Origin: Candidatus Thalassarchaeaceae archaeon
GTDB taxonomy: Archaea; Thermoplasmatota; Poseidoniia; Poseidoniales; Thalassarchaeaceae
NCBI GenBank assembly: GCA_023700245.1
Contig: JAJPRE010000001.1
Span: 68,807-132,806 of the forward strand
Reading direction: 5' to 3'
Length of the DNA: 64,000 nucleotides
Position numbers and translations under genes: made by a program. The notes under the pieces were generated by a model. That model was not told the DNA's origin. It did not search any database and was given only the letters and a program-made list of their open reading frames with translations. This document shows positions 10,822 to 20,487 of this stretch, in pieces (within the stretch, counting starts at the first letter, position 1; every line of letters starts with the position of its first letter).

Positions 10822-11691
10822 ATGGAAAAATGGAATGTAATGCCATCATTGGAATTATGCGAATTAAATATCCAAGGCCCTTTGGCGTATCTAAATATTA
10901 AAAGAGAGGAAGTATACAATGCTCTAAATACTCAATTAATTTCAGAATTAATAGCAGCTCTAAGTTGGACTTCTGAACATTCAGTAGCAAAAAAAGAAAA
11001 AATCTTTGATAAAAATGGTAAAGAATATCTCAGGGTTCTTATTTTAACTTCAAATGGTAAGCATTTTTGTTCTGGTGCAGATATTAATATGATGAGAGAT
11101 GCAGGTTCAAAATCTGTTGAAGAAAATAGAATTGATTCAATAAGATTGGATAATTTATTCAATTCACTCTGGGCACACCCTTGTTTTACAATCGGATATA
11201 TCCAAGGTGTAGCATTGGGAGGGGGGGCAGGATTAGTTGCCTGTCTTGACCATGTTATTGCTGATTCAAATACTAAAATTGCATTATCTGAAGCAAAATT
11301 AGGTATTTTACCTGCCGTAATAGGTCCTTATGTTTATCGAAAGATTGGAAGTGCACAATTTAGGAGATTATCAATGTTAGCAAGCAAAATAGATGCCGAG
11401 GAAGCACAAAGAATTGGATTTATAAATGAAATTATTGAATCTCAAGGCACATTTGAATCCTCATTCGAAAGAGTAATTTCAGATGTTTTGACTACCGGGC
11501 CAATAGCAGTCTATAGGGCTAAAAAACTAACTTTATCTTTTGATAGATGGGAAAAAACCGATGATGAACTTCGCCAATGGACACTAGATACAACAAGCCA
11601 AATGAGAGGGTCCCAAGAAGGTCAAGAAGGGTTGTCATCTTTCTTAGAACGCAGACTTCCCGAATGGTCTATACAAAAAAAGGAGAATTAA
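10822..11691 (+). CDS. Enoyl-CoA hydratase family, probable methylglutaconyl-CoA hydratase
   Basis: Crotonase-fold motifs HFCSGADINMM and VALGGGAGLVACLD. Located between MCC beta and biotin carboxylase as in leucine-catabolic clusters. ATG 10822 lies 4 nt after the mccB stop. Confidence 0.75.
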   Translation: MEKWNVMPSLELCELNIQGPLAYLNIKREEVYNALNTQLISELIAALSWTSEHSVAKKEKIFDKNGKEYLRVLILTSNGKHFCSGADINMMRDAGSKSVEENRIDSIRLDNLFNSLWAHPCFTIGYIQGVALGGGAGLVACLDHVIADSNTKIALSEAKLGILPAVIGPYVYRKIGSAQFRRLSMLASKIDAEEAQRIGFINEIIESQGTFESSFERVISDVLTTGPIAVYRAKKLTLSFDRWEKTDDELRQWTLDTTSQMRGSQEGQEGLSSFLERRLPEWSIQKKEN

Positions 11692-11692
11692 T

Positions 11693-13246
11693 ATGATTCC
11701 AGATTGGATGAAAGGCTCTTCAAATCCTTTTTCTACAGTATTAATAGCCAATAGGGGAGAAATAGCAGTTCGTATAATCCAAGCTGTTAAAGAAGCTGGC
11801 CTGAAAAGTATTGCAATATACTCAGATTCAGACAACAATTCACTACATGTTGAGATGGCCGACCATTCTATACATTTACCCGGTGAAACATTATTGGATA
11901 CTTATCTGAATATTGATGCTATAATTTCCGCTGCCAAATCCACAGGTGCCGAAGCCATACATCCTGGTTATGGATTTCTATCGGAACGAGCAGATTTTGC
12001 TAGATCTGTATCAAATGCCGATTTGGTTTGGATAGGGCCATCGCCAGAATCGATTGAGATAATGGGTGATAAAATTTCTGCTAGGAAAAAAATGATTGAA
12101 TATGACGTACCAATAATACCTGGTGAAGAATTAATTATAGATAAAGAAGATTTTATTGAACCATTAGCATCTGCAGCGGCAAGAGTCGGGTATCCATTAC
12201 TTCTCAAGGCAAGTGCCGGAGGAGGAGGTAAGGGAATGCGTTCAGTTTATGAGCCAAAAAATCTCAAATCCCAATATGAGGCAGCATCTAGGGAAGCATC
12301 AGCTGCCTTTGGTAATGGAACAATATACGTCGAAAGACTTCTCAATAAATCTAGACATATAGAGATCCAAATTCTTTGTGACAAATATGGTAATTCTATA
12401 CACCTAAATGAGAGAGATTGCTCCTTACAGAGACGTCATCAAAAAGTAATTGAAGAAGCCCCCTGCCATATATTATCTAAAGAAATACGGCAATTAATGG
12501 GCGAATCAGCCGTAAAGGCCGCTAAATCTGTTGGCTATGTCGGGGCTGGAACTGTTGAATTTTTACTCGCACCTAATGGAGATTTTTTCTTCCTTGAAAT
12601 GAATACGCGTTTACAAGTTGAACACCCAATTACAGAATTAATAACTGGGATTGATATCGTCCAGAAACAATTTGAAATTGCTGTAGGATTAGAATTAGGC
12701 CTCATTCAAGACGATATTGGCATAATCGGGCATGCAATAGAGGCTCGAATTTATGCAGAAAATCCATCAAATGGATTTTTACCTGCTACAGGTATTCTTT
12801 CCAAATGGATTGTTCCAACAAGTCCAGGAGTTAGACTAGATTCAGGTTTTAGGGAAGGGGATAAAATCACAATTGATTTCGATCCAATGCTTGCAAAGTT
12901 AATTGTCCATTCATCATCAAGAAGTGCTGCAATCAGGAGACTAGACTCAGCTCTTTCAGAATTTATTGCATTAGGTGTAGTTACTAATATCGGATTTCTA
13001 AGAAATATGATTAATAATCCGTCATTTATTCGAGGGGAAATAACTACAGATTTTCTTGATAATGCATCTAATGAATTATTTTTAGAAAAGGAATTCGATC
13101 CAGCACAATTGATTGCAATTGCATCCGGTGCACAAAAATTAGGGATAAATAAAAGCCAACGCCACAAATACACCGACGACTTGTCAAATGACTATAATGG
13201 CCATGACAGCGATCCATTTAGGACACTTTCTAGAAATTTTCCTTGA
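11693..13246 (+). CDS. Biotin carboxylase subunit of acyl-CoA (methylcrotonyl-CoA) carboxylase
   Basis: ATP-grasp biotin carboxylase motifs IANRGEIAVRII, LLKASAGGGGKGMR and EMNTRLQVEHPITE. AAGGAG SD lies 7 nt upstream. Confidence 0.9.
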   Translation: MIPDWMKGSSNPFSTVLIANRGEIAVRIIQAVKEAGLKSIAIYSDSDNNSLHVEMADHSIHLPGETLLDTYLNIDAIISAAKSTGAEAIHPGYGFLSERADFARSVSNADLVWIGPSPESIEIMGDKISARKKMIEYDVPIIPGEELIIDKEDFIEPLASAAARVGYPLLLKASAGGGGKGMRSVYEPKNLKSQYEAASREASAAFGNGTIYVERLLNKSRHIEIQILCDKYGNSIHLNERDCSLQRRHQKVIEEAPCHILSKEIRQLMGESAVKAAKSVGYVGAGTVEFLLAPNGDFFFLEMNTRLQVEHPITELITGIDIVQKQFEIAVGLELGLIQDDIGIIGHAIEARIYAENPSNGFLPATGILSKWIVPTSPGVRLDSGFREGDKITIDFDPMLAKLIVHSSSRSAAIRRLDSALSEFIALGVVTNIGFLRNMINNPSFIRGEITTDFLDNASNELFLEKEFDPAQLIAIASGAQKLGINKSQRHKYTDDLSNDYNGHDSDPFRTLSRNFP

Positions 13247-13249
13247 GGT
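13245..13249 (+). promoter_or_regulatory. Shine-Dalgarno GAGGT overlapping the biotin carboxylase TGA stop, 6 nt before the BCCP ATG
   Basis: The sequence reads cctTGAGGTattaatATG. Confidence 0.6.
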
Positions 13250-13255
13250 ATTAAT

Positions 13256-13756
13256 ATGGAATGGAGTATTGGAAAGGATGAAAAACGTTATACTACAAAT
13301 ATGATAAATGTAGATGGAAAACTAAAAATGTCCCTTTTTACTAGTGATGATGAAATAATTACAATTCCAGATATATCAATTACTAATGATTCAAAACCAA
13401 ATAGAATCTTGATTAATGTATCTGGTAAATCTCAATTAGCCCACGTTGTGAAGGTCGATGATGTATGGTGGATTCATCTAGATGGTAGAATTCACATGGT
13501 TAAATCACATGAAATTAATAGCTCAAAAACAAAACAAAATGAAGGAAGTTTGCTATCTCCAATGCCAGGCACTATAATTGAAATATTAGTTAAAATGGGT
13601 CAGAGAGTCCGGCAAGGGCAAACTTTGATGGTAATGGAAGCTATGAAAATGGAACATAAAATTCAAGCCCCAAAAGCAGGCGAAATATCTTCTCTTATTC
13701 ATGAAGTTGGCCAAAGAGTAGATATGGGAGTCATATTGATTGAAATTAAGGAATAA
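13256..13756 (+). CDS. Biotin carboxyl carrier protein subunit
   Basis: Biotinyl-lysine motif EAMKMEH in the C-terminal biotinyl domain. Same reading frame as the biotin carboxylase, separated by one TGA plus 9 nt. GAGGT SD overlaps that stop. Confidence 0.85.
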   Translation: MEWSIGKDEKRYTTNMINVDGKLKMSLFTSDDEIITIPDISITNDSKPNRILINVSGKSQLAHVVKVDDVWWIHLDGRIHMVKSHEINSSKTKQNEGSLLSPMPGTIIEILVKMGQRVRQGQTLMVMEAMKMEHKIQAPKAGEISSLIHEVGQRVDMGVILIEIKE

Positions 13757-13757
13757 T

Positions 13758-15038
13758 TCAATTCAACGATTCTAAATATTCTTGATTATCCATCAACGAT
13801 TTTAGTACTTCTGGAATTATTATTTGCCCCTTTTTATTTTGGTATTGCTCCATTATTGCTACTAATGCACGACTAGTTGCAACCGCAGTAGAATTTAGTG
13901 TATGTACTGCCGAATTCCCAGTGGATGTGCGATAACGCATCTTCAACCTATTTGCCTGATAATCAGTACAGTTAGAGCAAGAAACTACTTCTTTATATTC
14001 ATTGGCTCCTGGTAGCCAAGCCTCTAAATCGTATTTTTTGGATGCTACTGTGCCCATATCTCCGGTACAAATATTTACGACTCTGTAATGTAATCCTAAA
14101 CTGTCCCATAAATCAATTGCATTATCTAATAACTCTTCATGATGTTTCCAAGATTCCTTTGGATCGCAAATTATCACTTGTTCAATTTTGGTGAATTGGT
14201 GTACTCTCCATATTCCTCGATCAGAAAGGCCGTGGGCACCTACTTCTCTTCTGAAACATTGTGAAATTCCAACTAATTTTATTGGTAATTCGGACGGTTC
14301 AATTATTTCGTCCATCCTCATTGCCGTTAATGGGTGTTCACTAGTTGCAATTAGATAGTATTTATCTGGCTCTATTCCATACATAACAGTCTCGAAATCA
14401 CTAAGGTCGGTAACTCCTTCATAAGCTTCTTTATTCATCATTAAAGGAGGTTGAATAAGCGTATATCCTCTTTTAATGAGGAAATTAGAACAATAAACTT
14501 GTAATGCCATTTCCAGTCTAGCCAAATCACCTTTAAGAAAATAGAATCTACTGCCAGATATCTTTGCAGCTCTGACTAAATCTACCCAGCCATTTTCTTC
14601 CAACATTTCATTGTGATTTTTAGCCTTAAAATCAAACTCTATTTTTTCCCCATGTAAACTATGTAATGTATTTTTTTGATCATCCTCTCCAACTGGAACA
14701 CTATGATCTAGTATGTTAGGTACTTTCATTCTAAAAATATCTCTTTCACTAAGATATTCATCTGCTAACAATACCAAATCATCTATTTCAGAACCTATAC
14801 TTGAAACCCTTTTCATTATCTCTTGAACAGCAATTTCATTCCCTGATTTTTTAGCTTTACCAATATCTTTAGCAGCTTCATTTCTACTTTTCCTTAGAAT
14901 ATCTGCATCAAATCTCGCCTTGCGCCATTCATTATCTAATCTAATAACTTCATCAATATTATTATGAGGGATCTTACGCTTATCATGATCAGCACGAATA
15001 TCTTCCGAATTATCTCGAAATATGCTTATGTCTAACAT
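13758..15038 (-). CDS. serS: Seryl-tRNA synthetase
   Basis: 426-aa class II aaRS with an N-terminal coiled-coil arm, FRREVGAHG (motif 2) and GLHYRVVNICTGDMG...VATSR (motif 3 region). Confidence 0.95.
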   Translation of the reverse strand: MLDISIFRDNSEDIRADHDKRKIPHNNIDEVIRLDNEWRKARFDADILRKSRNEAAKDIGKAKKSGNEIAVQEIMKRVSSIGSEIDDLVLLADEYLSERDIFRMKVPNILDHSVPVGEDDQKNTLHSLHGEKIEFDFKAKNHNEMLEENGWVDLVRAAKISGSRFYFLKGDLARLEMALQVYCSNFLIKRGYTLIQPPLMMNKEAYEGVTDLSDFETVMYGIEPDKYYLIATSEHPLTAMRMDEIIEPSELPIKLVGISQCFRREVGAHGLSDRGIWRVHQFTKIEQVIICDPKESWKHHEELLDNAIDLWDSLGLHYRVVNICTGDMGTVASKKYDLEAWLPGANEYKEVVSCSNCTDYQANRLKMRYRTSTGNSAVHTLNSTAVATSRALVAIMEQYQNKKGQIIIPEVLKSLMDNQEYLESLN

Positions 15039-15091
15039 ACTACTACACTCCAGGAATCAACAATCAGACTTCAATTAATCGGAGATATCTA

Positions 15092-16162
15092 TCATAAGAA
15101 GGTAATGTTATGCCACAATTGATTAAATCCAATTGCAATACTTCCAAATATTATGTATCCAAGAATACTTCCTCCATTAAGTAATGGAAGTCCAGCTTGA
15201 GGTTTCCCTCTTGCAACCTGAGTCATGAGTGCCACATATCCACATAATCCTCCAAATAGTGTACCAAGGCCAACTAACATTGGTCCAAGATGAATTGGAA
15301 GAGAGGGATCACCCCATATATCAAAAACTACAGGGCCTATTTCCGGCAAGAATGTTACACTTGATATTACTAATATCCCTGGAAAAATTACATCTCCAAG
15401 TCCCATAAATAATGCATCTCGAGATTTTTTTACTGTTTTATTCTGATTATTATCTGTACTACTAATATCCTCTTGCATTATTTTCTCGTTTTCATCTCTA
15501 AATGAGTAACCCCTCTCTTTTGGTGCCACCAATAAGACAGGTAATTTTAGATTAATCATTGTATCTGCTAATTCTAACATATGTTTACTTTTGTTAACGG
15601 CCCAATGGTCATAAATAGCAGCAATTATCATAAATATTATTATCAGAGAAGGAGTAAAAGTAACCCCAAGCAATGTTATGACCCCTGCTCCAACTAGTAC
15701 TCCAACAGAATTAACTACATACCATTCAGGATATTTATGTAAAAGTGTCATTAAACCTACCGTTGTTAATATTGCAAATATATTTAAAAAAGTTGCTGAC
15801 ATATCAAAATCTGTGATTACCAATATTATCCATCTTAAGATTAACGCTATTGGCCAAATTGTATAAAATAAACTAATGCCCAATGCGAACATAACAAATC
15901 CTTTTATTAGATGATCAAGGCCTTTCCTCGCCATCCAGATGATAATAATGGTGAATAGGAATATCATTAACAATTCAAAAAATATAAATCCAACTTTAGT
16001 GCTTCCACTTTCTCCAAAAGCCCTAATTTCATCAAAATTATAAACAGGTTGGATGAATAATCCGATAAGAATCGTCCCAATAAACATAGTAGCCATGGCA
16101 GTCATAGATACCCATTGTTCACGCATCGCTTGGACTATTTCCATTGCACTTGCATCTTTCAT
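15092..16162 (-). CDS. Presenilin/signal-peptide-peptidase-like intramembrane aspartyl protease (A22 family)
   Basis: Polytopic, with YD (AAIYDHWAV), GLGD (FMGLGDVIFPG) and PAL-like (AGLPLLNGG) motifs. Start is uncertain (16216, 16162 or 16144). Confidence 0.7.
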   Translation of the reverse strand: MKDASAMEIVQAMREQWVSMTAMATMFIGTILIGLFIQPVYNFDEIRAFGESGSTKVGFIFFELLMIFLFTIIIIWMARKGLDHLIKGFVMFALGISLFYTIWPIALILRWIILVITDFDMSATFLNIFAILTTVGLMTLLHKYPEWYVVNSVGVLVGAGVITLLGVTFTPSLIIIFMIIAAIYDHWAVNKSKHMLELADTMINLKLPVLLVAPKERGYSFRDENEKIMQEDISSTDNNQNKTVKKSRDALFMGLGDVIFPGILVISSVTFLPEIGPVVFDIWGDPSLPIHLGPMLVGLGTLFGGLCGYVALMTQVARGKPQAGLPLLNGGSILGYIIFGSIAIGFNQLWHNITFL

Positions 16163-16204
16163 ATATTCCACGACATTCAATACGCATTTCACTTTGACGC
16201 ATTC

Positions 16205-17422
16205 ATGGACGAACAAGGCGACGATACTTTAAGTCCAAAAGTATGGCTCTCAGATAGAATGCCAAAAGGTGTCAAGTTAGGATTAGAGAACTGTACTGAG
16301 ATGCTGATAAGATTGGGAAATCCTGAAAAAAATTTCCGCTCAGTTCATGTTGCAGGGACAAATGGCAAAGGATCTCTCTGTGCAAACTTGTCTGCTCTAG
16401 CGGCTAAAAATAAATTAATAGTAGGTTTTTTCTCATCTCCGCATTTAATATTTGTAGAAGAGAGAGCAAGAATCAATGGCCGTCCTGTGGATTCAAAAAT
16501 ATTTGATAAGCATTTAAAGTCTGTAATGAATGCATCTCAAATTGAGCCAATTATTGAACCTACATATTTTGAAACTACTTTTTTAACCACTATGCTTGTA
16601 TTTGCAGATGCAGAAATAGATATTGCAATAATGGAGACAGGTTTGGGTGGAAGGCTAGATGCTACACGGCTAGTTGATGCAAGTGTTTGCGCCATAACTA
16701 CTATTTCTCATGATCATTCAGAAATACTGGGAAATACTCTTGTAGAAATAGCATCGGAAAAAGCTGGTATTTATAGGCCGAATATACCATTATTTTCATT
16801 GTATCACAAAGATATAGAAGTAAGAAACGTATTTAAAAAAATTGCAGGTAATGATTTAAAATGGTTCAAACCGATGTCAAATAACGGTTGGGAAATATCA
16901 AAAAATTTTGCTAAAATGATTGCTAGTTATTTAGGATGGAAAATATTCGATTACCAAGTTATTTGGCCAGGAAGATCTCCAGATTCTATCAAATGGATTG
17001 AAAATAAAAAATGTATCGTTAGTGCGGCTCATAATATTGAGAGTATTGAAAACGATTTACAATTTATCGATGAGAAGCATGTAATGTTACTAGGAATGAC
17101 TAAAAAATCAAACCTTGACGATACGTTAAAAGCCTTAAAAAATTATTCAAATTGTTGTTATTCCATAATAACAGAACCATCTGGTGGTCGTAATCTATCT
17201 GTATCTTCAGAAGAGATAATATCTAAATTAAAAATAATCGGATTCGATAGAATAGAATCCATGAACAATACCATTGATGCATTTAAAAAAATAGAACTAA
17301 AATCAAAACAATTGGATTCATCAGTTTTGATAATAGGAAGCATATATCTTATTGGTGATATTATGAATTATATTGCTAAAAGAGATAATTTAAATCTATA
17401 TGATTTGTTAACAATTCATTAA
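16205..17422 (+). CDS. folC: Folylpolyglutamate synthase / dihydrofolate synthase
   Basis: Mur-ligase P-loop HVAGTNGKGS preceded by KLGLENCTEML. ATG 16205 (MDEQ...) is preferred because track start 16115 would overlap the divergent protease gene. Confidence 0.8.
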   Translation: MDEQGDDTLSPKVWLSDRMPKGVKLGLENCTEMLIRLGNPEKNFRSVHVAGTNGKGSLCANLSALAAKNKLIVGFFSSPHLIFVEERARINGRPVDSKIFDKHLKSVMNASQIEPIIEPTYFETTFLTTMLVFADAEIDIAIMETGLGGRLDATRLVDASVCAITTISHDHSEILGNTLVEIASEKAGIYRPNIPLFSLYHKDIEVRNVFKKIAGNDLKWFKPMSNNGWEISKNFAKMIASYLGWKIFDYQVIWPGRSPDSIKWIENKKCIVSAAHNIESIENDLQFIDEKHVMLLGMTKKSNLDDTLKALKNYSNCCYSIITEPSGGRNLSVSSEEIISKLKIIGFDRIESMNNTIDAFKKIELKSKQLDSSVLIIGSIYLIGDIMNYIAKRDNLNLYDLLTIH

Positions 17423-17463
17423 AATTCAAAGTAGACAATATCATTAACAACTTATGTACGCAT

Positions 17464-17907
17464 ATGAATATGACTGAAAAGTGGGACCATCGTTTCATTG
17501 AACTTGCAAAACATATCTCTGAATGGAGCAAAGACCCTTCTACAAAAGTAGGTTGTGTGGTAGTTGGAGATGATAGGGAAATAAGATCAACAGGCTTCAA
17601 TGGTTTTCCTAGAGGAATTGAAGATAAATTAGAACGGTTAAATGACCGGAATCAGAAATATCCAATGATATGTCATGCAGAGGAAAATGCAATAATGCAT
17701 GCAGCCAGAATAGGTATATCTCTTAAGGGAACAATGGCATATGTTACATGGCCACCATGTTCAAGATGCACTAGGTCTCTTATCCAAGCTGGAATTAAGG
17801 AAGTTGTATATCCAAGTGATGTCGAAATACCTGAACGATGGCAATCAGATTTTGATATAGCATCAAATATGATGAATGAGGCAGGAATAATCGTTAGAAT
17901 GGCATAA
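17464..17907 (+). CDS. Deoxycytidylate (dCMP) deaminase
   Basis: Cytidine/deoxycytidylate deaminase zinc motifs HAEENA and PCSRCTRSL. 147 aa. Confidence 0.85.
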   Translation: MNMTEKWDHRFIELAKHISEWSKDPSTKVGCVVVGDDREIRSTGFNGFPRGIEDKLERLNDRNQKYPMICHAEENAIMHAARIGISLKGTMAYVTWPPCSRCTRSLIQAGIKEVVYPSDVEIPERWQSDFDIASNMMNEAGIIVRMA

Positions 17908-17921
17908 TTTAGGTTATTAAA

Positions 17922-19019
17922 ATGGCAATTCAGGATTGTTTTACATTTACTAGAACTGGTCATTTTGTTAAAAATAGAACAGTTCTTGCTGCTATGACTA
18001 ACAAACAAAGTAATGCAGATGGCACCATCTCTATGGATGAAATTGATTGGTTAGCCAGAAGGGCTGAAGGTGGTTTTGGAATAATAACAACTGCAGCCAC
18101 GCACGTTTCTATGGATGGCCAAGGATGGGATGGCGAGTTTGGAGTTTTCAACGATTTACATATCAAAGGTCTAAAAAATATGACAAATACCTTAAGGAAA
18201 AAAGGTACAATTAGTATTGCACAGATATTCCATGGAGGCATGAGATCACCTGAAAGGTTAACTGGAGTTACGCCACTTTCAGCCAGTAGAAATAAATGTT
18301 CAGAATCGTTTTCTGGATTTTCAAGGGCTGCTTTGAAAGAAGATATAATCAGGCTAATCTCAGATTTTTCCGATGCGGCCTTTAGATGTGCAAAATCTGG
18401 CTTTGACGGTATAGAGTTACATGGCGCACATGGCTATTTGATTTCACAATTTTTGGGGACAAAAACTAATCGCAGAACGGATGAGTGGGGTGGAGATATT
18501 AATGCTCGTTCAAAATTTTTAATTGAAATTATTCGATCAATCAAGTCAAAAGTACCAGATAATTTTATTATTGGAGTAAGAATTTCTCCGGAAATCAATA
18601 ATGTTGGAATAAATATACATGACAGTATAAAATTGGCAAAAATATTAACAAACGAAGGACTTGATTTTATTCACCTCTCATGTTGGGATTCATTTTCCCG
18701 TTCAATTTCTGAACCAAATGATTCCCGTTTAATCACTGAATGGTTTACATCCTCAATCCCAAACTTACCTCCATTAATCTCTACAGGCGCAGTTTGGAAT
18801 TCTAAAGATGCTAACTCTTTAATTGCTCAAGGTGCAGATTTTATCGGAGTCGCTAGAGTTGGCATCGCTCATCCCGATTGGCCAAAGTATATTTCTGAGG
18901 ATAATTATCAACCTCAAATGCCACCATTTACTGCTTCGCATCTCAAAGATGTAAGTCTTAGCAATAAATTTGTAGATTATATGAGGTCTTGGGATAATTT
19001 CGTATTAGATGATAAATAA
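17922..19019 (+). CDS. NADH:flavin oxidoreductase (old yellow enzyme family)
   Basis: OYE TIM-barrel motifs LAAMTN, ELHGAHGYLISQFL and RTDEWGG. Confidence 0.85.
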   Translation: MAIQDCFTFTRTGHFVKNRTVLAAMTNKQSNADGTISMDEIDWLARRAEGGFGIITTAATHVSMDGQGWDGEFGVFNDLHIKGLKNMTNTLRKKGTISIAQIFHGGMRSPERLTGVTPLSASRNKCSESFSGFSRAALKEDIIRLISDFSDAAFRCAKSGFDGIELHGAHGYLISQFLGTKTNRRTDEWGGDINARSKFLIEIIRSIKSKVPDNFIIGVRISPEINNVGINIHDSIKLAKILTNEGLDFIHLSCWDSFSRSISEPNDSRLITEWFTSSIPNLPPLISTGAVWNSKDANSLIAQGADFIGVARVGIAHPDWPKYISEDNYQPQMPPFTASHLKDVSLSNKFVDYMRSWDNFVLDDK

Positions 19020-19074
19020 TTTTATTATGTTAAATATTATTTCATGGTAAAAATAAAATTATGGAAGTACTAAT

Positions 19075-19911
19075 ATGTTTCAAGATACATTAATTGCAGC
19101 TTTTTTTGCTGGAATAGTGGCAATATTAGTTACTGTGCTAGTTGAAAAATACGGTGGAGCTATTGGAGGTATTCTGGGCACTATTCCAACTACGATTGTT
19201 CCTGCATCTATAGGGATGTATTTAGCAAGTGATATTGTAGATTTTAGAACAAGTATGGCTGTAGTACCTTCAGGTATGCTAATTAATGCAATATTTTTAA
19301 CTAATTGGAAAATTATTCCCACTTATTTTAAAGTAACTAAGAGTAAGTATACCACATTAATTATTATAATTATTATTTCATTATTTATATGGTTATTATG
19401 TAGTATATTAGCATTAAATTTAATCAATTTTGTAACCAAAAAAGGCCTATCGTCGTATGGAATTGCCCTTCTTGGATTATTCTCAGTTGTTATTTTGGGA
19501 ATGGCATTCTGTTGGAATATAGGGTCCACCCCATCGAGTAATAATCATGTCAACAAATATGCATTAATGTCAAGAGGCTTGATGGCAGCATTTGCCATAG
19601 GAGCTGCAGTTTGGATTTCCGATCTCGGATATCCTTTAATTGCAGGTATAGCATCAGTATTTCCTGCTATATTCCTTACTAGTATGGTTACATTATGGAT
19701 TTCCCAAGGGCCCTCTGTACCAATGGGGGCCGTAGGGCCAATGATGTTAGGAGGATCCTCAGTTGCCCTATATTCAATAATTGTCATGTGGTCTTTACCT
19801 CATTATGGATTAATCTTAGGATCAATATTGGCCTGGGGAAGTTCAGTTTTATTGTGTTCATTACCAAGCTTTTATTTTATAAATTGGAGACAAAAAAACA
19901 ATATATATTAA
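19075..19911 (+). CDS. Polytopic membrane protein, unknown function
   Basis: 278 aa with about 8 TM segments and two related Gly-rich halves (GGAIGGILGTIPTT / YPLIAGIASVFPAIF). No family recognised. Confidence 0.6.
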   Translation: MFQDTLIAAFFAGIVAILVTVLVEKYGGAIGGILGTIPTTIVPASIGMYLASDIVDFRTSMAVVPSGMLINAIFLTNWKIIPTYFKVTKSKYTTLIIIIIISLFIWLLCSILALNLINFVTKKGLSSYGIALLGLFSVVILGMAFCWNIGSTPSSNNHVNKYALMSRGLMAAFAIGAAVWISDLGYPLIAGIASVFPAIFLTSMVTLWISQGPSVPMGAVGPMMLGGSSVALYSIIVMWSLPHYGLILGSILAWGSSVLLCSLPSFYFINWRQKNNIY

Positions 19912-20450
19912 TTATTTTCTTCCCAAATTTTATCTAATTTTAAATATAGGTCATCTATTGTCCCATCATTTGTTATTTGAATATCTGCCATTAGTGCCGT
20001 AGCATCAAGGGCTTGACCTGCTTCATCTTTTGATTTAATTTCTTTATTTTCCTGTTTTTTGAATAATAATTTATTTAGTGGATCCCCAGGACGTGCTCTA
20101 TCTTGTAATCTACTCCATCGCTGGTCCTCGCTGGCTTTAATTTCAATCAATATTAAATCTCCTCTGGACCTTAGTACATCGACTTCCATCGGAGTCCTTA
20201 TTGAATCTACTACTGCATCTACTCCATCTATTATTTCTAGAAGCATCTCTGCCAAAATACCTCCTCCTCCTTTCTTTCGTAAAGTCCTCCCCCCTTCTAT
20301 TAATGAATCTCTATTAATCTCTTTATTTTGATTTTTAAGCCATTCTCTTATTGAATCTGAACATGAAACACTCCTCAATCCTTTTTCAGCGAACCAGTTT
20401 ACTAACGTTGATTTTCCAGATGCATTTCTGCCTGTAAGTCCTATTAACAT
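19908..20450 (-). CDS. P-loop nucleotide kinase-like protein (dephospho-CoA kinase / UPF0200-like)
   Basis: Walker A GLTGRNASGKST sits at the N-terminus if ATG 20450 is used. Track start 20516 would overlap lhr by 29 nt. The 3-prime end overlaps the convergent gene by 4 nt. Confidence 0.6.
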   Translation of the reverse strand: MLIGLTGRNASGKSTLVNWFAEKGLRSVSCSDSIREWLKNQNKEINRDSLIEGGRTLRKKGGGGILAEMLLEIIDGVDAVVDSIRTPMEVDVLRSRGDLILIEIKASEDQRWSRLQDRARPGDPLNKLLFKKQENKEIKSKDEAGQALDATALMADIQITNDGTIDDLYLKLDKIWEENN

Positions 20451-20487
20451 AATACCGCTGAGTAGGGTAAAGGAGATATTGATTTCG

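Noticed and set aside
12751-13173. 140-aa minus-strand ORF inside the biotin carboxylase gene.
   Set aside because: It is antisense to a gene with unambiguous motifs and is low-complexity Ser/Ile/Asn-rich.
13244-13246. In-frame TGA between biotin carboxylase and BCCP as selenocysteine, programmed readthrough or a pseudogene lesion.
   Set aside because: An SD overlaps the stop, with an ATG 6 nt later. The resulting subunit sizes match known three-subunit archaeal carboxylases. No SECIS-like hairpin is evident in the next 60 nt.
16115-16216. Apparent 100-nt head-to-head overlap of the presenilin-like and folC ORFs.
   Set aside because: This is an artefact of longest-ORF calling. Internal starts (16162 or 16144, and 16205) remove the overlap and fit the N-termini expected for both families.
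17673-18008. 111-aa minus-strand ORF spanning the dCMP deaminase 3-prime end and the OYE 5-prime end.
   Set aside because: It overlaps two well-supported plus-strand genes and has no motifs.
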